Assembly (NCBI GenBank): GCA_049724395.1
Contig: JAUGWO010000071.1
Coordinates: forward strand, 62,001 to 119,329
Direction: 5' to 3'
DNA: 57,329 nt
From: Spongospora subterranea f. sp. subterranea
Taxonomy: Eukaryota
Shown piece by piece: positions 13,508 through 33,180 of the stretch (position 1 is the stretch's first letter; each line of letters begins with the position of its first letter). The translations under genes were made by a program, and so were the position numbers. Under the pieces are notes generated by a model. The model saw nothing but the letters and a program-made list of their open reading frames with translations. It was not told the origin of the DNA and searched no databases.

Positions 13508-14788
13508 TTATGTTTTTTTGCCAAATCGACTATCAACCTCGGGATTTTCATCAATATGCCACAAGGCGAGAACTCCATGAGAACCAGCTGCGGCAAGCAA
13601 TAACGAATTTTCGGTGTTGAAGTCAACGGAAAATACTTCACCAACTTTCAGGTCCTTCTCGCAAACAAGGTCTTGGGTCAGCGTCGAGATGTCCCAGACC
13701 TTGACGAGCTTATCAGTTCCTCCAGTAGCGATCAATCCTGGCGATGCCGAACTAAAACTGAGCGCCGTACACGATTCGGAATGGGCCGTCCATGAGAGAA
13801 GTTTGGCCGCATCGCCAGATCCACGACGAACGTCGATAATGGAGACGGATCCATCTTCAGCAGTAACTGCTACGATTGCAGGATTTGATGGATTCCATAA
13901 AGTTTGTTCGACGTCGGCGTTGACGGTGAATGAGAGCGAGGCGTCACCAGAGCGAGTATCAGTGATAATGACCTTTCTGTCGTACCCTCCAGATAATAAA
14001 ATAGGGGATTCCGCTGGATGCCAAGCAAGGGATTGCACCTTCTCATTGTGATGACGCAGAACGTCAACTGGACCGTTACCGATATTGCCAAGATCCCATA
14101 TCGCTATCGTCTTGTCGGCAGATCCGGATGCCAGTCGCGATCGCTGGATCGGTTGCCATGATAAGGACATGACCGCATCTTTATGGTGACCGGATAGAAC
14201 GCAAATAGGCTCCAATACATCAATTACGTCCAGGTTCCAGATCTCGATTTCGGGCTGGAATGTGCCAACGGCCACGAACGAGCCTTGGACAGTTGGGGAA
14301 CGAGGATCACAGTTCATCCATTGTAGACAGAGTGGGAACGAAGGAACGGTAAAATCATGATGAACGAATAACGATCCGGTATTGCTATCATACACATGCA
14401 TCTCTAACGAAAATTCATCATCTTCTGACCGGCAAATAATACAGACGTTGTCCGAATCTTTGAGCTCATAGTCCTCCATATCCGATAGATCAGACAGGTC
14501 TTCAGCATCCATCTCTTCATCGTCACCATCCAGTTCAGCATCGTCCTCGTCTGGTACGTTCTGACATGGTGCTGTCTCCTCATCGTAGTTATCCAGGTCT
14601 AAAGCGTCCAGGAACTCATTTTGCGAGAGCAGCTCCATGGATCTGATTTTCCCCGTTTTTGTCTCGGGTTCAGAATCGCGGTTCTCGACTTTGTTCTGAG
14701 CAGCCAACATTTCCTCAGGCGAGATTTCATATCTTTCAGGCACCTTCTGGCAAGCCCCAGCAGGGATCCACCGTACACACGATATCAT
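13508..14788 (-). CDS. PWP1: Periodic tryptophan protein 1 (WD40, ribosome biogenesis/chromatin)
   Basis: MISCVRWIPAG start, an acidic region, LFVHHDFTVPSFPLCLQW and AVGTFQPEIEIWNLDVID, then WD repeats. Confidence 0.93.
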   Translation of the reverse strand: MISCVRWIPAGACQKVPERYEISPEEMLAAQNKVENRDSEPETKTGKIRSMELLSQNEFLDALDLDNYDEETAPCQNVPDEDDAELDGDDEEMDAEDLSDLSDMEDYELKDSDNVCIICRSEDDEFSLEMHVYDSNTGSLFVHHDFTVPSFPLCLQWMNCDPRSPTVQGSFVAVGTFQPEIEIWNLDVIDVLEPICVLSGHHKDAVMSLSWQPIQRSRLASGSADKTIAIWDLGNIGNGPVDVLRHHNEKVQSLAWHPAESPILLSGGYDRKVIITDTRSGDASLSFTVNADVEQTLWNPSNPAIVAVTAEDGSVSIIDVRRGSGDAAKLLSWTAHSESCTALSFSSASPGLIATGGTDKLVKVWDISTLTQDLVCEKDLKVGEVFSVDFNTENSLLLAAAGSHGVLALWHIDENPEVDSRFGKKT

Positions 14789-15948
14789 GGTGGTCTGAGT
14801 CAAGTTTCCCTGAACAAGTTCAAGCCTTTCTACGGACTCCGTCACGGAGATCATGACCTCGCAAATTACCACACGAGAATTTCGAGTTTTTTTTTTGAAT
14901 TTGTTTATGGTCGCGGAGTTGGCGTATCTTCGGGATTGGTGGTTCGCCTTTTCTTTGGTTGCTGTAATCGGCAAGCGGTTAAACTATAACCTGGTGGGAT
15001 GCATGGCCAAAAGTAAGGTCCGAAGGGAGGAGGTTCACTCGTCCTGAGAACGTTAGTAAAAATTGGGACATTCCGTGAGTATATTGGTTGTTAACTAACC
15101 ACCATCCGTAAGCTATTTGGGGAGGCTGCTCGAACAGTGATTTTTGTGGGGAACGAGGGGCACTAAGGCCCAGAGGAGTTCCTAATCGTGGGTTGACGGT
15201 AGATAGGCGCGGTCTTCGCTTATCTACCGAATTACTTGGGCCAGGCGAAAACAGGGGAGAAAACGGGATAGTTGGGACGGGACCTGTCTGATTCAGACCG
15301 GGTTCTGGGTTACGGTTCTGATTGTTTGTGGATGTTGGCGACGGGCAAGGTGATGGATGGGACAGCCCACCTATATCACAAACAGGATTGAAGTTCATAG
15401 CAAATTGGCGCCAACCTGTATAAATACATCAAGGCCTTCCTCAAACGCGTGAGCGCAGCCTCACGCCGGCATTTGAGTGGCGTGCCCAAAGTATTCGGTG
15501 TCGGTATGCTGCTCAGCCGATTAAAGTAGACATGTTCAAGACAGCTGTTGCAAGAGGATTATTATTCTATGGCAAAGCCATGCGAAATTCATTGCTATGA
15601 GTATTGACAAAGGCAGCGCCATACCTGTTACATCCGCGCGTAAAATTCATCGTCTCTGACGGCAAGCACAACGAGAATGAGGAAAGTCTGTCGCAAAAAT
15701 CTTTAATCCTGATGGCTCGTTTGAGGCGTTGGAATGACAGGGCATACGTCATCGCAGCAGGTTCTTTAGGTCTAGGGCAGAATTTAACTCCTAGAGCGAG
15801 CAGTCGTGTTGGGAGGTCAGGTAGATTGGTTAGATTATGGAATCGCGTATTCTGAATAATTATGAATTCAAGATTTATTTTTTGAGAATAGATAGGTTGA
15901 TAGAAGCTATGATTATGGATAAAGAAGGATTACGTAGACGTCGAAGTT

Positions 15949-16610
15949 TTAATTTCTTCCTTTTCTTCCCACAGTGTTTGATTTTCTTGTTTTTCGTGTT
16001 GTAGAACGTTTTGGAATGGATTTGTTCGTCTGTTTTTGAGGCTTCTGAGGAGATTTCGGCGCCCGCTGCTTTGCCTCTCGCAGCAGGTCAAAATCCAATG
16101 GCAGGTGTAGTCCGGAATTGTGCACGGGAAAACCGAGCGTATTTTCCAACTTTGATACCCCCTATTGAAAAGTTTGCCGGGCTGATTGAAGATCTAGTCG
16201 TAAGGAGGATCGACCCAATCGTTCCAGCTGGCAAGGAGATCGTTGCTTCTTTCTGCAAGAACGATGTGTGTTCGTCGCTGTTTTGTACGAAATCCGTTTC
16301 TCGACGACCCAGAGTTAGGTAGCCTCCGGCAAGATGTGGAATTTATCATTGAGTAAAGAGAGAGATGGGATTCGAGCCAGCACGATGATTTTCGCTGGTA
16401 TAATTTGGCGACTGTATGCTCGTTTATAGAGACCCTTGGGCAGTAGAATACCTTATTTGGGGGATGTAGTATTATATATGTATTTTCCATTCGTTAGGTT
16501 TAGTCCTACCGCATCTGTCGAGATGAGAAAGCCTCGTACTTTCTTGTTCACATCGGATTACTGTAGTCGGGTTAGAGAGTTGTTCCCGTGCGACATCCTC
16601 GCACGCCATT
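15949..16610 (-). CDS. Hypothetical multi-exon protein with a basic C-terminus (exon structure uncertain)
   Basis: ORFs 16194-16490 and 15949-16149 can be joined in frame by a GT..AG intron (SWNDW|GVSKLENTLG). No family recognised. Confidence 0.3.
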
Positions 16611-17266
16611 GTTTAGTCTGAAACTATGGTTTGACAATCTGAGGCCAGAACTTAGCCCGACAGCTGGGACTGCTGCCTTTCATCATCACCCCAACGACAG
16701 ATTGAATTCGGCGAATCCAAAATGATTGTGATTAATCGGACTCATACTTATTATTCTAGGAAAACCTTGGAGACTCAACGAATAACAACAGCGCAGAGCT
16801 GGATTTTGAGATCGCTTGATAAACTGCTGTTCATTTTTTCTGATTTGTGCCCGATGTAAAAAAAGGTGAAACCTGCCTTTTATAAAAAATAGAGTTAAAA
16901 CTGATATCTCAACTATGGTGCCGCCATCTTGGTGCCCAGCAAATTCTCTTTCGGTTGCCACTGATGAGAACAAAACTCGCCTCACACATACCGCTGCCAC
17001 CCGACGTCAGTAATACCGGATCCAAATCACAGTTTCCGAGCCTTCTCATCAATGTGTAGCAAGTTGGCAACATGGTCGCACATAACCTCTGGCAACTGCC
17101 ATGAAATGCATTTCCATTCGAACCTCAGCTAACGTTGTCCGCGCGAGTGTTACAAAGAGCGCAGGTCGCAGGACACCACCTGTACTAAAGTACCATATGG
17201 GGTGGTGAGACCCATTATTTACCAATTCTGCATTACACATCCCTTGCTCTAGGGTGGACTCGCTAG

Positions 17267-22985
<5,719 letters not shown>

Positions 22986-23053
22986 TTTTTGAACCATGCT
23001 CAATATCTAATATATGTATTTATTATTGTTCTTCATCGTTGATCCAATGCAAC

Positions 23054-24429
23054 TTATCCGTCCCCAATGTAAGGCGTCGTTTGGCATCTCAAGCTGATAT
23101 CTCCTTCGGCTGACAGCTCCCAAACGCTAACAAATCCGTTTGCGCACCCCATATAAATAGTGTCTTTTCTGGGATATGATCATTTGTCGATCTGTCAGTA
23201 TGCGGTTGAAACTCTTGATCAAATTACCTCACCGTTTTCCGTCAAAGCATAAAGACGTACAATACGACGAATCTGGTCGCGATTGTGAAGAAATGCATTG
23301 TGCCGTCAACGAGTCCCATATCCTGATGCTTTGATCTGATCATGCATCAATTCTTCCAATATTGTTTCCCTAAAGCAGATGCCTTCCAACCTTTTCCTGT
23401 CGATACCAACCTATACAGTTAGATGGCAGTGGGGTTCTCAGTCTTCGGAATTGGGCGCCTGCAAAACTGATTTTTACCTTTCAGAGTGCGGAGCGAATGA
23501 GCATGCACGAACGGATTGCTCATGACCATAGAAAACTCGTATCTCTCGAGCCATACGAAGATCCCAGAGCTTCAGCACGCACGCTTCGGGATTGAATCCA
23601 TTGTATCCCGTCAAAATCGTATTTCCGTCTTGACTTGTTGCGCAACACAACTTATTTCAGTTCAGTTCAAAATCACGGAACCAGGGAATTTATCATTGTT
23701 GTGCTCACAGCAAAATCGCTCCCGATTCGGAATTGGTGCACGATATTAGCAGTTCGAGAATCCCATATACGAGCATTGAGATCCTCGCTACATTGAACAA
23801 CGAGCTCCGTGTTGGGAATCCAGTTTAGACAAGTGACGACATTCAGGTTGACGTCTGACGAACGCAATCGTGTTCGTGTATTAAGATCCCAAAACGAGAC
23901 ATGGTAATCGCGAGACCCTGAGCAGAGTGTTGACCCATCTAAGTACTGATCAGTCAAGGCAGGTGAGAATATGGACGCCCTCACCATGATTAAGATCAAT
24001 GGTCTGGATCGTTAGGCGATGAGCGTCGTTGATGATCGCCACAGCTTCATCCTGGGATTCTGTCCATATTCTGATTGATTTATCTCGCGAGCACGAAATC
24101 ACTGATCCAGATTTTGCAGAGTAAACGACCTGAAAGCAGTCGAGATAATCGGTTAGGAAATGAGTTTGAACCTAGCTGGGCAGAACCTTGTTGACGCACG
24201 CCTCATGACCTTTCCATGTTTTCAATATCTGATCGTCGAGCCAGTTATATAAACAAATGGAGCGGTCGTTAGAGCAGGAAACGACCGTGTTTTCTTGACC
24301 CCCATAGCATATATCAAAGATGACGTCTCTGTGGAGCTGGGTCTTCAAGAAGTTGCTCGGGTCAGATTGGTGTGCAGCCAGATACGGCTTGTTGAGGTTA
24401 TAAGGGTGACAAGGGCAGATATTGCCCAT
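23054..24429 (-). CDS. WDR31: WD repeat protein 31-like (ciliary WD40), multi-exon
   Basis: SGSRDYHVSFWD, NVVTCLNWIP...QCSEDLNARIWDSR and the characteristic DGNTILTGYNGFNPEACVLKLWDLR. The MGNICPC N-terminus suggests lipidation. Confidence 0.8.
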
Positions 24430-24782
24430 AATCTAAGGACCCCAAAGGTGTGTTGGAATACGATAGTGAGACAGGGCTGCAGTCTGTTAAGACGGAACCG
24501 ACCAGACCACCCATATCGACCGCCACCTCTCCTGCTCAATATGTTGTCATCATTGGCTTTCAAATTCATTTCTGATGAGCAGGTTGCAGCAATTGATTCC
24601 CAGTTCTTGGAAATTCCTAGATCCGGGATGTACTTCCAGGTTATCACGCCAATTCCGAGTCTGTATTTGAGCACACAAATGACGCTTTTGAATTACAACA
24701 CTATTACTTGATCATCCCTTTTAGAATTTATTAAGGGCCGATCGGTATTGACATTAAAATTCTTTGAATGCGAAATTGCTCA

Positions 24783-25734
24783 TCATCGGTCAGTGAGAAA
24801 CTGTAGCTTTTTGAAAATCATGGCTTTGATCGCGTCCAAATTGATAATATCTACAGACGCAAGCGTAAAAACCGATACGGCTATTGCTAAACCGATTAAT
24901 GCTAAAGCCTTCACACAGCCTCCGCCTTGTGTTGAACGTGTGCTTGCTCGAGTTTGTTTGAAAGTTTTCGCATTCTTCTTTGACTGACCACCAGACAGCT
25001 TTGGTGTTGCCGCGGGAGCGGGCTGAGATTTTTTTGGAGTTTTCACCGACGGCTGCGCCCGAGCAGGTGGCAGTTCTTAAGAGTACCATCAATAAAAGAT
25101 ATATACGAGCAATATTGAAGTAATCCCTACCTTTGAACACCTCCACGAGAAACACTTGATCTTTTACAACTTTAAAGACATCGCCTTGATCAGATATAAA
25201 GTCACCCAGCGGACCCAACGAACTCCTGCGATAATGATGATTAAGGAGATTGATAGAACACATGCATTTTTCTTACTTGAATTTCTTATTCCACGACTGC
25301 TTCGTAATTGCCATTACTCTTTCACCAATTGCCGCAACCGACAATGAATTCGATGTAGGAGGAAGATTGGTTAAAACCGAACGAATAAACTCGGTAACTT
25401 CTTGCTTGTTAGTCAGTTTGACTTTGGTGAAGCTTTTAGGTTTTGCTTCGCTGTTCTTCTTGCCCGACTGCCCTTTGTTGTCATCGGCCGCAGGATTATT
25501 TTCGGAATGGACGACTGAACTCTTCTTGGCCGACGTATCATGTTTGGCAGCAGGTACAGCAGCGCCGCTGCTGGTTTTCGAGTTGTTCGCCGCCCTGGTC
25601 GACTCGGGCTTCACTTTCTTCTTGCTCTTGGACTTGACGACCTGCCATTCGCCCTCATTATGATCCATTGCGCTCATCGATCTACTGTGATCGGATTCCT
25701 TTGTCGAATATCGGTGTGGGGAATAATCCAACAT
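24783..25734 (-). CDS. Hypothetical multi-exon protein: WQVV-basic N-terminus, winged-helix-like middle, C-terminal transmembrane anchor
   Basis: Exon 25273-25734 ends at a GTAAG donor. Next come LGPLGDFISDQGDVFKVVKDQVFLVE and a last exon with ALALIGLAIAVSVFTLASV. Confidence 0.6.
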
Positions 25735-26018
25735 AGGTACACCCCGCAGATCCGACTGGTGAAGGCCCCAATCGGCTCAGGACCCTGTCAGATTACAGGC
25801 CGCGCGCAATTGAACTGGACGGATGCCTACTGAGCGCGTCTGTCGCCCTGCGTATCATTCCGATATTAATAGCGGCGTCACTGACATTGGAACTGCACTA
25901 ATAATAAACGGCATCGAACTGATTGATCTCGGGCACTGCTGGTTGTATTTATTGCCGCGGGGTAATACAGGATGCGATCGATCCTGTGTACAGCTGGCGT
26001 TAATGCTTCGGTAAGTGC

Positions 26019-27326
26019 ATGGATGACCTTTCATCAGATGGCGAACATAAACCTGAATCATTGGTCGGAGAAACTTGTGATCCAGCTCCGTTTTTAACCT
26101 GTGTAAATGTTGGAAACGAGGGTCGAAGTTTTGCCAAATCCGAGTCGAATAATGGTATTTCCTCCACCGAAGACGCGATTTTTGACGGCGTGTCGATTCC
26201 TCAAGATTTGCGGTTGAAAATCTGTAAGCTGCCGGAAAAAGCTGATGTCAAATTAACCATCAATGCATCTACGTCAACGCTCCTATTCGACGATCCATCT
26301 CAAGCGGAAATCTGGCATAAATATTTCTCTTCAAAATTATCACAAGACATCATTACGGAGGCGTTTTGGTGGACTGTAGTGAGACACTCTTCAGCGTTGG
26401 CACAAGGGCAACTTTTATTGCTGGAGACGATAAAGAGAAGGATTGCACACTTATTTGTTAGGCTGTTTCTGCGCATCGAGAAGAGGTTCAAAGACTTGAT
26501 ATGCGATAATTATCACGATGCTTTAGCGCAAACTGTATTTTATTTATTATTCACAACGTATCCGGAAGTACGGCAGCGATTAACCACAGCGTTTAGTGCT
26601 ACATTGATCAAGTCATTTTCGGAATGGATTATGGGTCCTGTACTTCCTTCCATTGATATCAGGCACTGGAAATTACAACATGATGAAGAATGTAAACCTA
26701 TCGGCAAACCAAGAAAGAAAGCAAAATCATTGCAAAAGACATTGCAAGAATGCTTAGACATCGTTGACAGAACCGACAAACGGCCTAGTGAAAAGGTAGC
26801 ATTTATCCATCAACGTCGGGATGAGTACATATATGGAACCATCCCTTTGAAAACAGTTAAAGTATTCAGAGGTTTTGGCAACTCGCAACTCGTCTCCGAA
26901 TACTTGAAATGCTCACCATATAAAACATTCATCAAAGAGAGAAGAGTTTTGATAACGAGCGAAATTAGCCCTCAGCAACACAGAGCTGAAACGATGTTCA
27001 TGAGGAAACTAAAGGAAAGTCGATTGCGAAGTCTGAATAGAAGCCTGCACGGAAAAGTTCAAGAAATCAGGAAAGCGTCAGAGCTCGAAGAATTACAAGA
27101 CTTGAGTCAAAAGAAAAATTGGAAACGAGAATTCAACATTGAATATAGACAAGCCAAAGCACATAAAGCAGATACCATTGCAGGCATTTTAAAAGCTATC
27201 GAGGAAGATGTTGGACATGGGCTGGGCGTTTCGAAGAACAGAAGTTTATCTGATAGCGTCAGGGCCGAGTTCAAACTGGGGCCGGCTCCGGCCATAGAAT
27301 GGGTAGGCGGCGATTCGTCGTCATAA
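26019..27326 (+). CDS. FAM227-like protein (FWWh domain)
   Basis: EAFWW motif followed by RIAHLFVRLF...KDL....YHDALAQTVF....YP...FSEWIMG; 435-aa intronless ORF. Confidence 0.8.
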   Translation: MDDLSSDGEHKPESLVGETCDPAPFLTCVNVGNEGRSFAKSESNNGISSTEDAIFDGVSIPQDLRLKICKLPEKADVKLTINASTSTLLFDDPSQAEIWHKYFSSKLSQDIITEAFWWTVVRHSSALAQGQLLLLETIKRRIAHLFVRLFLRIEKRFKDLICDNYHDALAQTVFYLLFTTYPEVRQRLTTAFSATLIKSFSEWIMGPVLPSIDIRHWKLQHDEECKPIGKPRKKAKSLQKTLQECLDIVDRTDKRPSEKVAFIHQRRDEYIYGTIPLKTVKVFRGFGNSQLVSEYLKCSPYKTFIKERRVLITSEISPQQHRAETMFMRKLKESRLRSLNRSLHGKVQEIRKASELEELQDLSQKKNWKREFNIEYRQAKAHKADTIAGILKAIEEDVGHGLGVSKNRSLSDSVRAEFKLGPAPAIEWVGGDSSS

Positions 27327-27732
27327 GCAAAAGCTATTGAATTCACCAAGAGTTCAAGAGATTTGGAATGATCAATTGGACGGAAGCATTGTTGTTTGAA
27401 GGATACCCGGCATAACATGTGGGCGATGCAGCATCAGCTATCCCGACGTACGATGTCATAAATCACAATCGATTCCCTCCATCGTATACGGTGACAGTTC
27501 CTCAATGAGGAACAAAGGTCGGCCCCCGTTAGAGTAGACAGACACGTGTTGTACTGGACCCGCTCCCCCTGAATGATACAGAGGCGGTTCCCAAGGCGCT
27601 CCCACACACACACATACAGTACAGACACTTAAACCATACTGAAACGTTGTGTGACGGCGCACTTTTACATCCTTCGTGTAAAGATTCCTTTTCAGCGGAG
27701 GCGGATTTTCGCTCGAACTATTTACATAGAAG

Positions 27733-29043
<1,311 letters not shown>

Positions 29044-29237
29044 GACGCATTAAAAAACTTCACTGTCCATTCCTAAAACTCGATTTTTGAAACTTGTATA
29101 TGCGTTCATCATATGATAGACAATGCTCCTGATGATAGAAGTAATCAATAGAGCTAGAATAAGCCAAGGAACCGAGAAGCTAATTCGCAGCAAAGTAAAT
29201 ATTACGGAAACACGACACTGATCTTGATGACAATTTT

Positions 29238-30982
29238 TTATGGTCGAAATTGTACAGTCAAAAGGGAATTATTTGCACATGCAAGGGCTAACCGGTTTCC
29301 TGAAGGATGCCAGGAAATACAGTTTACCCCACCATTAGCTTTGAAAGTTCGAATTAGAACTCCATCATTACAAGACCAAATGAAAAGGCGATCATGTGAG
29401 CCGCATGCCAAGTATTCTCCACTCGAGCATAATACAAGTGAGGTGACAGGATGAAGATGTTTTGAAAGCACAAACAAACAGGATCCTCGTGCAGGGCACC
29501 ATATCCTGACAGTACAGTCTAAACTGGCGCTTGCAAGAACTTGAAGCGGTCTTCCCTCATAGTTAATTTGAAGCTAACAATCAAATTAGCTGCCAAGATC
29601 AAAGTTGGAACTGGCAAATGTCTTGATATTTACCCAGAGAATATTGCAGACATCGCGCCCATGACCATGTAAATCACAAATCGGCTGCGCAAGGTTTGGA
29701 TCCCATACCTACAGTGATTATGAAAACATGTTGCACAAAGTATCGCTGAGCGTTGACCTTAATTGTTGTATCGTCTGAGCATGATGCGAACCGGCTGGCT
29801 TCTGGGCACCATTTCACACAGTTAACGTCTCTCGAATGACCCTTAAACACTTTAACAGGTTGTTCAACGCTTAGTTCATGCAAATTGATTGTGTTATCCG
29901 TCGAGCATGAAATGAAGCATTCATTATTTCTCCAATCACAGTCAAGCACGGACGATGTATGACATTTGTATTGCGCCCTTATCTTCCCCGTTTCAACTGA
30001 CCATATTATAACTAAATGGTCTATAGAACAGGTCAATAACCAGGTGCCATTCGGACTCCAACGAAGAGCGGTAATCGGAGCGACATGTCCAGCCAAACGA
30101 TGCTGTAGACTCCCTATGCATCAACCGCATAAGTTCAAGAGCCCACTTCAGGAACAACAATTACCTTCAGCACTCCAAATCCAGCATTCTCCTGAGATTG
30201 ACGCTGTCGCAAACATTTCACCAGATTCTGACCAACTAGTCAGATGTATTCCGTTAGACGTGGAAGACTTTTCGTTAATAATTAAGCATGTACTGGACGA
30301 CGGATCGTCAATATTGGTCCATAACCGGGAAGTACATTCCTGGGAGCCGGAAATTAAAGAAGTGCCTGTGCATCATGAGAATGTGGCGATAAACCAATCT
30401 CAACATTGCCTACCATTGGGGCTGTACGTGCAGGTGAATACAACATCATTATGCCCCTTAAACTGTCCTATTAGATCCTTTGGAATTTCAAGAGACCCGT
30501 AATCTTCTTCCATAGGCACTATTACACATAATTTTAATGAAAGCTTTGTAGACCAATAATGAACTTATACCATCTGGGTCAAACAAAGCCATTTTCGATT
30601 TGACGTTGCACTGATGTTTCGTAAGCAATGAAAAAGGTGCATCGCAAACCGTTTCCGTACCATCCTAGAAAAAAAAGTAAGTTCTGCGTAACAAATATGA
30701 AATCGTTGATACTGACTTCGTTAACATGGCATTCAATTTCGGTATGTTGTAACCCTTTTTGAAGAAATGATATTAAGGAACCAGGAGGAACGTCGCCTCC
30801 GGCGACTACTGATTTCGCAATATGGCTTTCATTTCCTGAGACAAATAAGTTGCGTTTGAATATACTATTGAAAATCCCAAAAACAATGGTTACTAACCAA
30901 AACAGAAAGCAGAATGTACAAATCCAGACTCCAAAAGGTATCTATAGACGAGAAAATTTACTTCATCTGAAGTAAGAGTCAT
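29238..30982 (-). CDS. TBL1: TBL1/TBLR1-like LisH-WD40 corepressor subunit (multi-exon)
   Basis: [26 protein letters not shown] (LisH), [15 protein letters not shown], then WD repeats such as VLDCDWRNN and [10 protein letters not shown]. Confidence 0.9.
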
Positions 30983-31229
30983 CTGTAGTTGCCGCCAGTT
31001 CGTTTGGTGTTAATAGTCGGATATATTGAAAAAATTCTGCTCGAGCAATGGTGGATAAGGGCAATTGCGAAGGAGTTTCAGAATTCAGAGAAGTTCTGCC
31101 ATTCAAGTCCAGATTCGAATGAAGTTGGGACAAGATCATAGAGAGGTGATATGTGTTACGGAGTCCGGGGTCATTGTGGCTCCAGTGCTGATAGTAGTCG
31201 GTTATGAAGGGAGGAGGAGGTCGGACCGA

Positions 31230-31380
31230 GGGATCGACACCGATAGATAGTAGATAGGGATCGACACCGATAGATAGTAGATAGGGATCGACACCGATAG
31301 ATATTAAATAGGGATCGACACCGATAGATAGTAGATAGGGATCGACACCGGTAGAGATCCGATAGGGATTGACACTGCTA
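31230..31380. repeat. 27-bp minisatellite, about 5.5 copies (GGGATCGACACCGATAGATAGTAGATA)
   Basis: Tandem copies read directly; the last two are degenerate. Confidence 0.95.
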
Positions 31381-32176
31381 AGGAACCCAAGATGGTTTCA
31401 CCTTATCGAACCGGCATCTGAAAGGAAGTACGGTACATTGAGTGTTGTATGGGCTTAACACGCATGTGAAAGGAGATGCTGTCGAAGACATTCAACCTGA
31501 TATGTGTTGCATAGTTCTTGAAATTTTCGCCTAATTCCGAGGTCGCTCTACGTTGGCACAATTGTTGTCCGTGAGTATGCGAAAAGGTCACGAATATCAC
31601 ACTGCCGAATTTCAATCGAAAGCGTTTGCTTCAATTAAACCCAACCATTCATTTAACATTTCAATGTGATATATCAAACACATCAGTCCCCGGTTTGTAT
31701 CCAATGGGAACTGTCATCCCCATTTACTTTTTCAACACAACCTTCCAGAGCTATGAAATATCAGTCCTTACTCCAGCTCTACATCTGAACCGTCGGTTTA
31801 TGAAGTCACAACAGCGCATTGTTATCTGATATCAAGATGACTATCTAAAAGCTGCAATAAAAAGACGCACCAGGACATCCTATCAACGGTTGTCAAATAT
31901 ACAAAAATCAACGACGACATGATTGTATAAATTTAATTGACAAAAATCATTGAGCTGAAGAAAAACGCAGTACCCTCTGTTTTGTTATTTAACACGTCTC
32001 TTTTTGAGAGTGGTCGCTCTGTTCATGGGAATCTGTTTAGGCTTTGTCTGATGCGAAGAGATCTTGAACTGTTTGCGGATTGAACTTGTCCGCCTGTGGT
32101 GGTCGCCCAATTTGCCATATCCATTTTTACACTATTCGACGCTTTCTGAACAGAGAATACCAGTTAACCTCAAAAA

Positions 32177-32915
32177 TCACGGGACACCTCCAGTTTCTCG
32201 CACAATGATTCTGTCGGGTATGTACATATTTTTGACAAAATCGAAACGATTGGCAATAACTACTTCTGCAGAGAAACTCTGGTTCATGGGACGCAATTGT
32301 AGCATCGCAGTAGAATACGCTTTTCGTCGAAAGTTGCATTCGCCACACGAACCCGGTCGCAATGTTGCTTTGTGGTCAATGAAATCAATGTGGCTCCGTA
32401 TTTCAGGGATTCGCTTCGTGGCCAGTGACTGCCTGGTCGTCGGTTCCAACCGACATACGACGTTATCACGTGCAGAAACAAAAACACCATCAATTTGATC
32501 GAAGAGGGACTGGTGTTCAGGTAATCCCAGAGCGGCATCGGGTTTTCCCCGAACCCCTATGAACCGGTTTTGCAACCGTAGCCAAGTATTTAGCCCAGAA
32601 TCCAGTGTTGCTTTGGGTGGTGCTGCTCCAAACAGTGTGTGTTATGCAGGAACCTGACTACAGTACCACTTCAATCATGACCCGGACGGGTCGCATCCCC
32701 CCACTGGGGGCTAACGTTGCCTGTTCACGTTCCACAGATATGCAGTCCCCCGAATCGGACGTCACTGTGCTGTCGTGTAACGGGTGTGTAGCCACTCTGC
32801 GACATCACTCCAATGTACCCGTCATACCCTCTTGGGAATACCTTCATCATCTTGAACCAATTGGTTCTCCTCGTGCTGGCCATCGAACAGGTTCCCGTTC
32901 TCGTTCCCTGCCATT
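32177..32915 (-). CDS. Hypothetical multi-exon protein
   Basis: 132-aa open frame 32177-32575 plus a plausible upstream exon starting MAGNENGNLFDG. No family recognised. Confidence 0.4.
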
Positions 32916-33180
32916 GTATACTCAGCATGCCTTGCTTCTACTGTTCTACAGAGCAAACGGAGACACTCATTCCAACCATGATCAAACGTCTACTCAATTT
33001 TTCCTTTTGCGTGTGAATTGGGTTGTATGCCTTCCTGTAAGGAAAATGGCGGGAAAGTCAAATCGGGGAAACCAATCTGTACCTTGATCCGAAAATGATC
33101 TTAGCAACCGTCTCTGACTCATGGATCATCATACCCATCTTGCCCACAAATCATCTGCACGAACTGAACGAGTGAATGCA

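Noticed and set aside
14789..14974. N-terminal extension of PWP1 in the ORF track
   Set aside because: It begins at a non-ATG codon, and family similarity starts at MISCVRW (14788).
15678..15695. GAGGAAAGTCTG as RNase P/MRP RNA conserved region I
   Set aside because: No matching downstream P4 partner or CR-V motif was found.
29966..30502. 178-aa plus-strand ORF
   Set aside because: It is an antisense shadow of the TBL1 WD40 exons.
31230..31380. 27-bp repeats as CRISPR or ankyrin repeats
   Set aside because: There are no unique spacers. The 9-aa period is far shorter than a 33-aa ankyrin repeat despite the LLSIGVDP resemblance.
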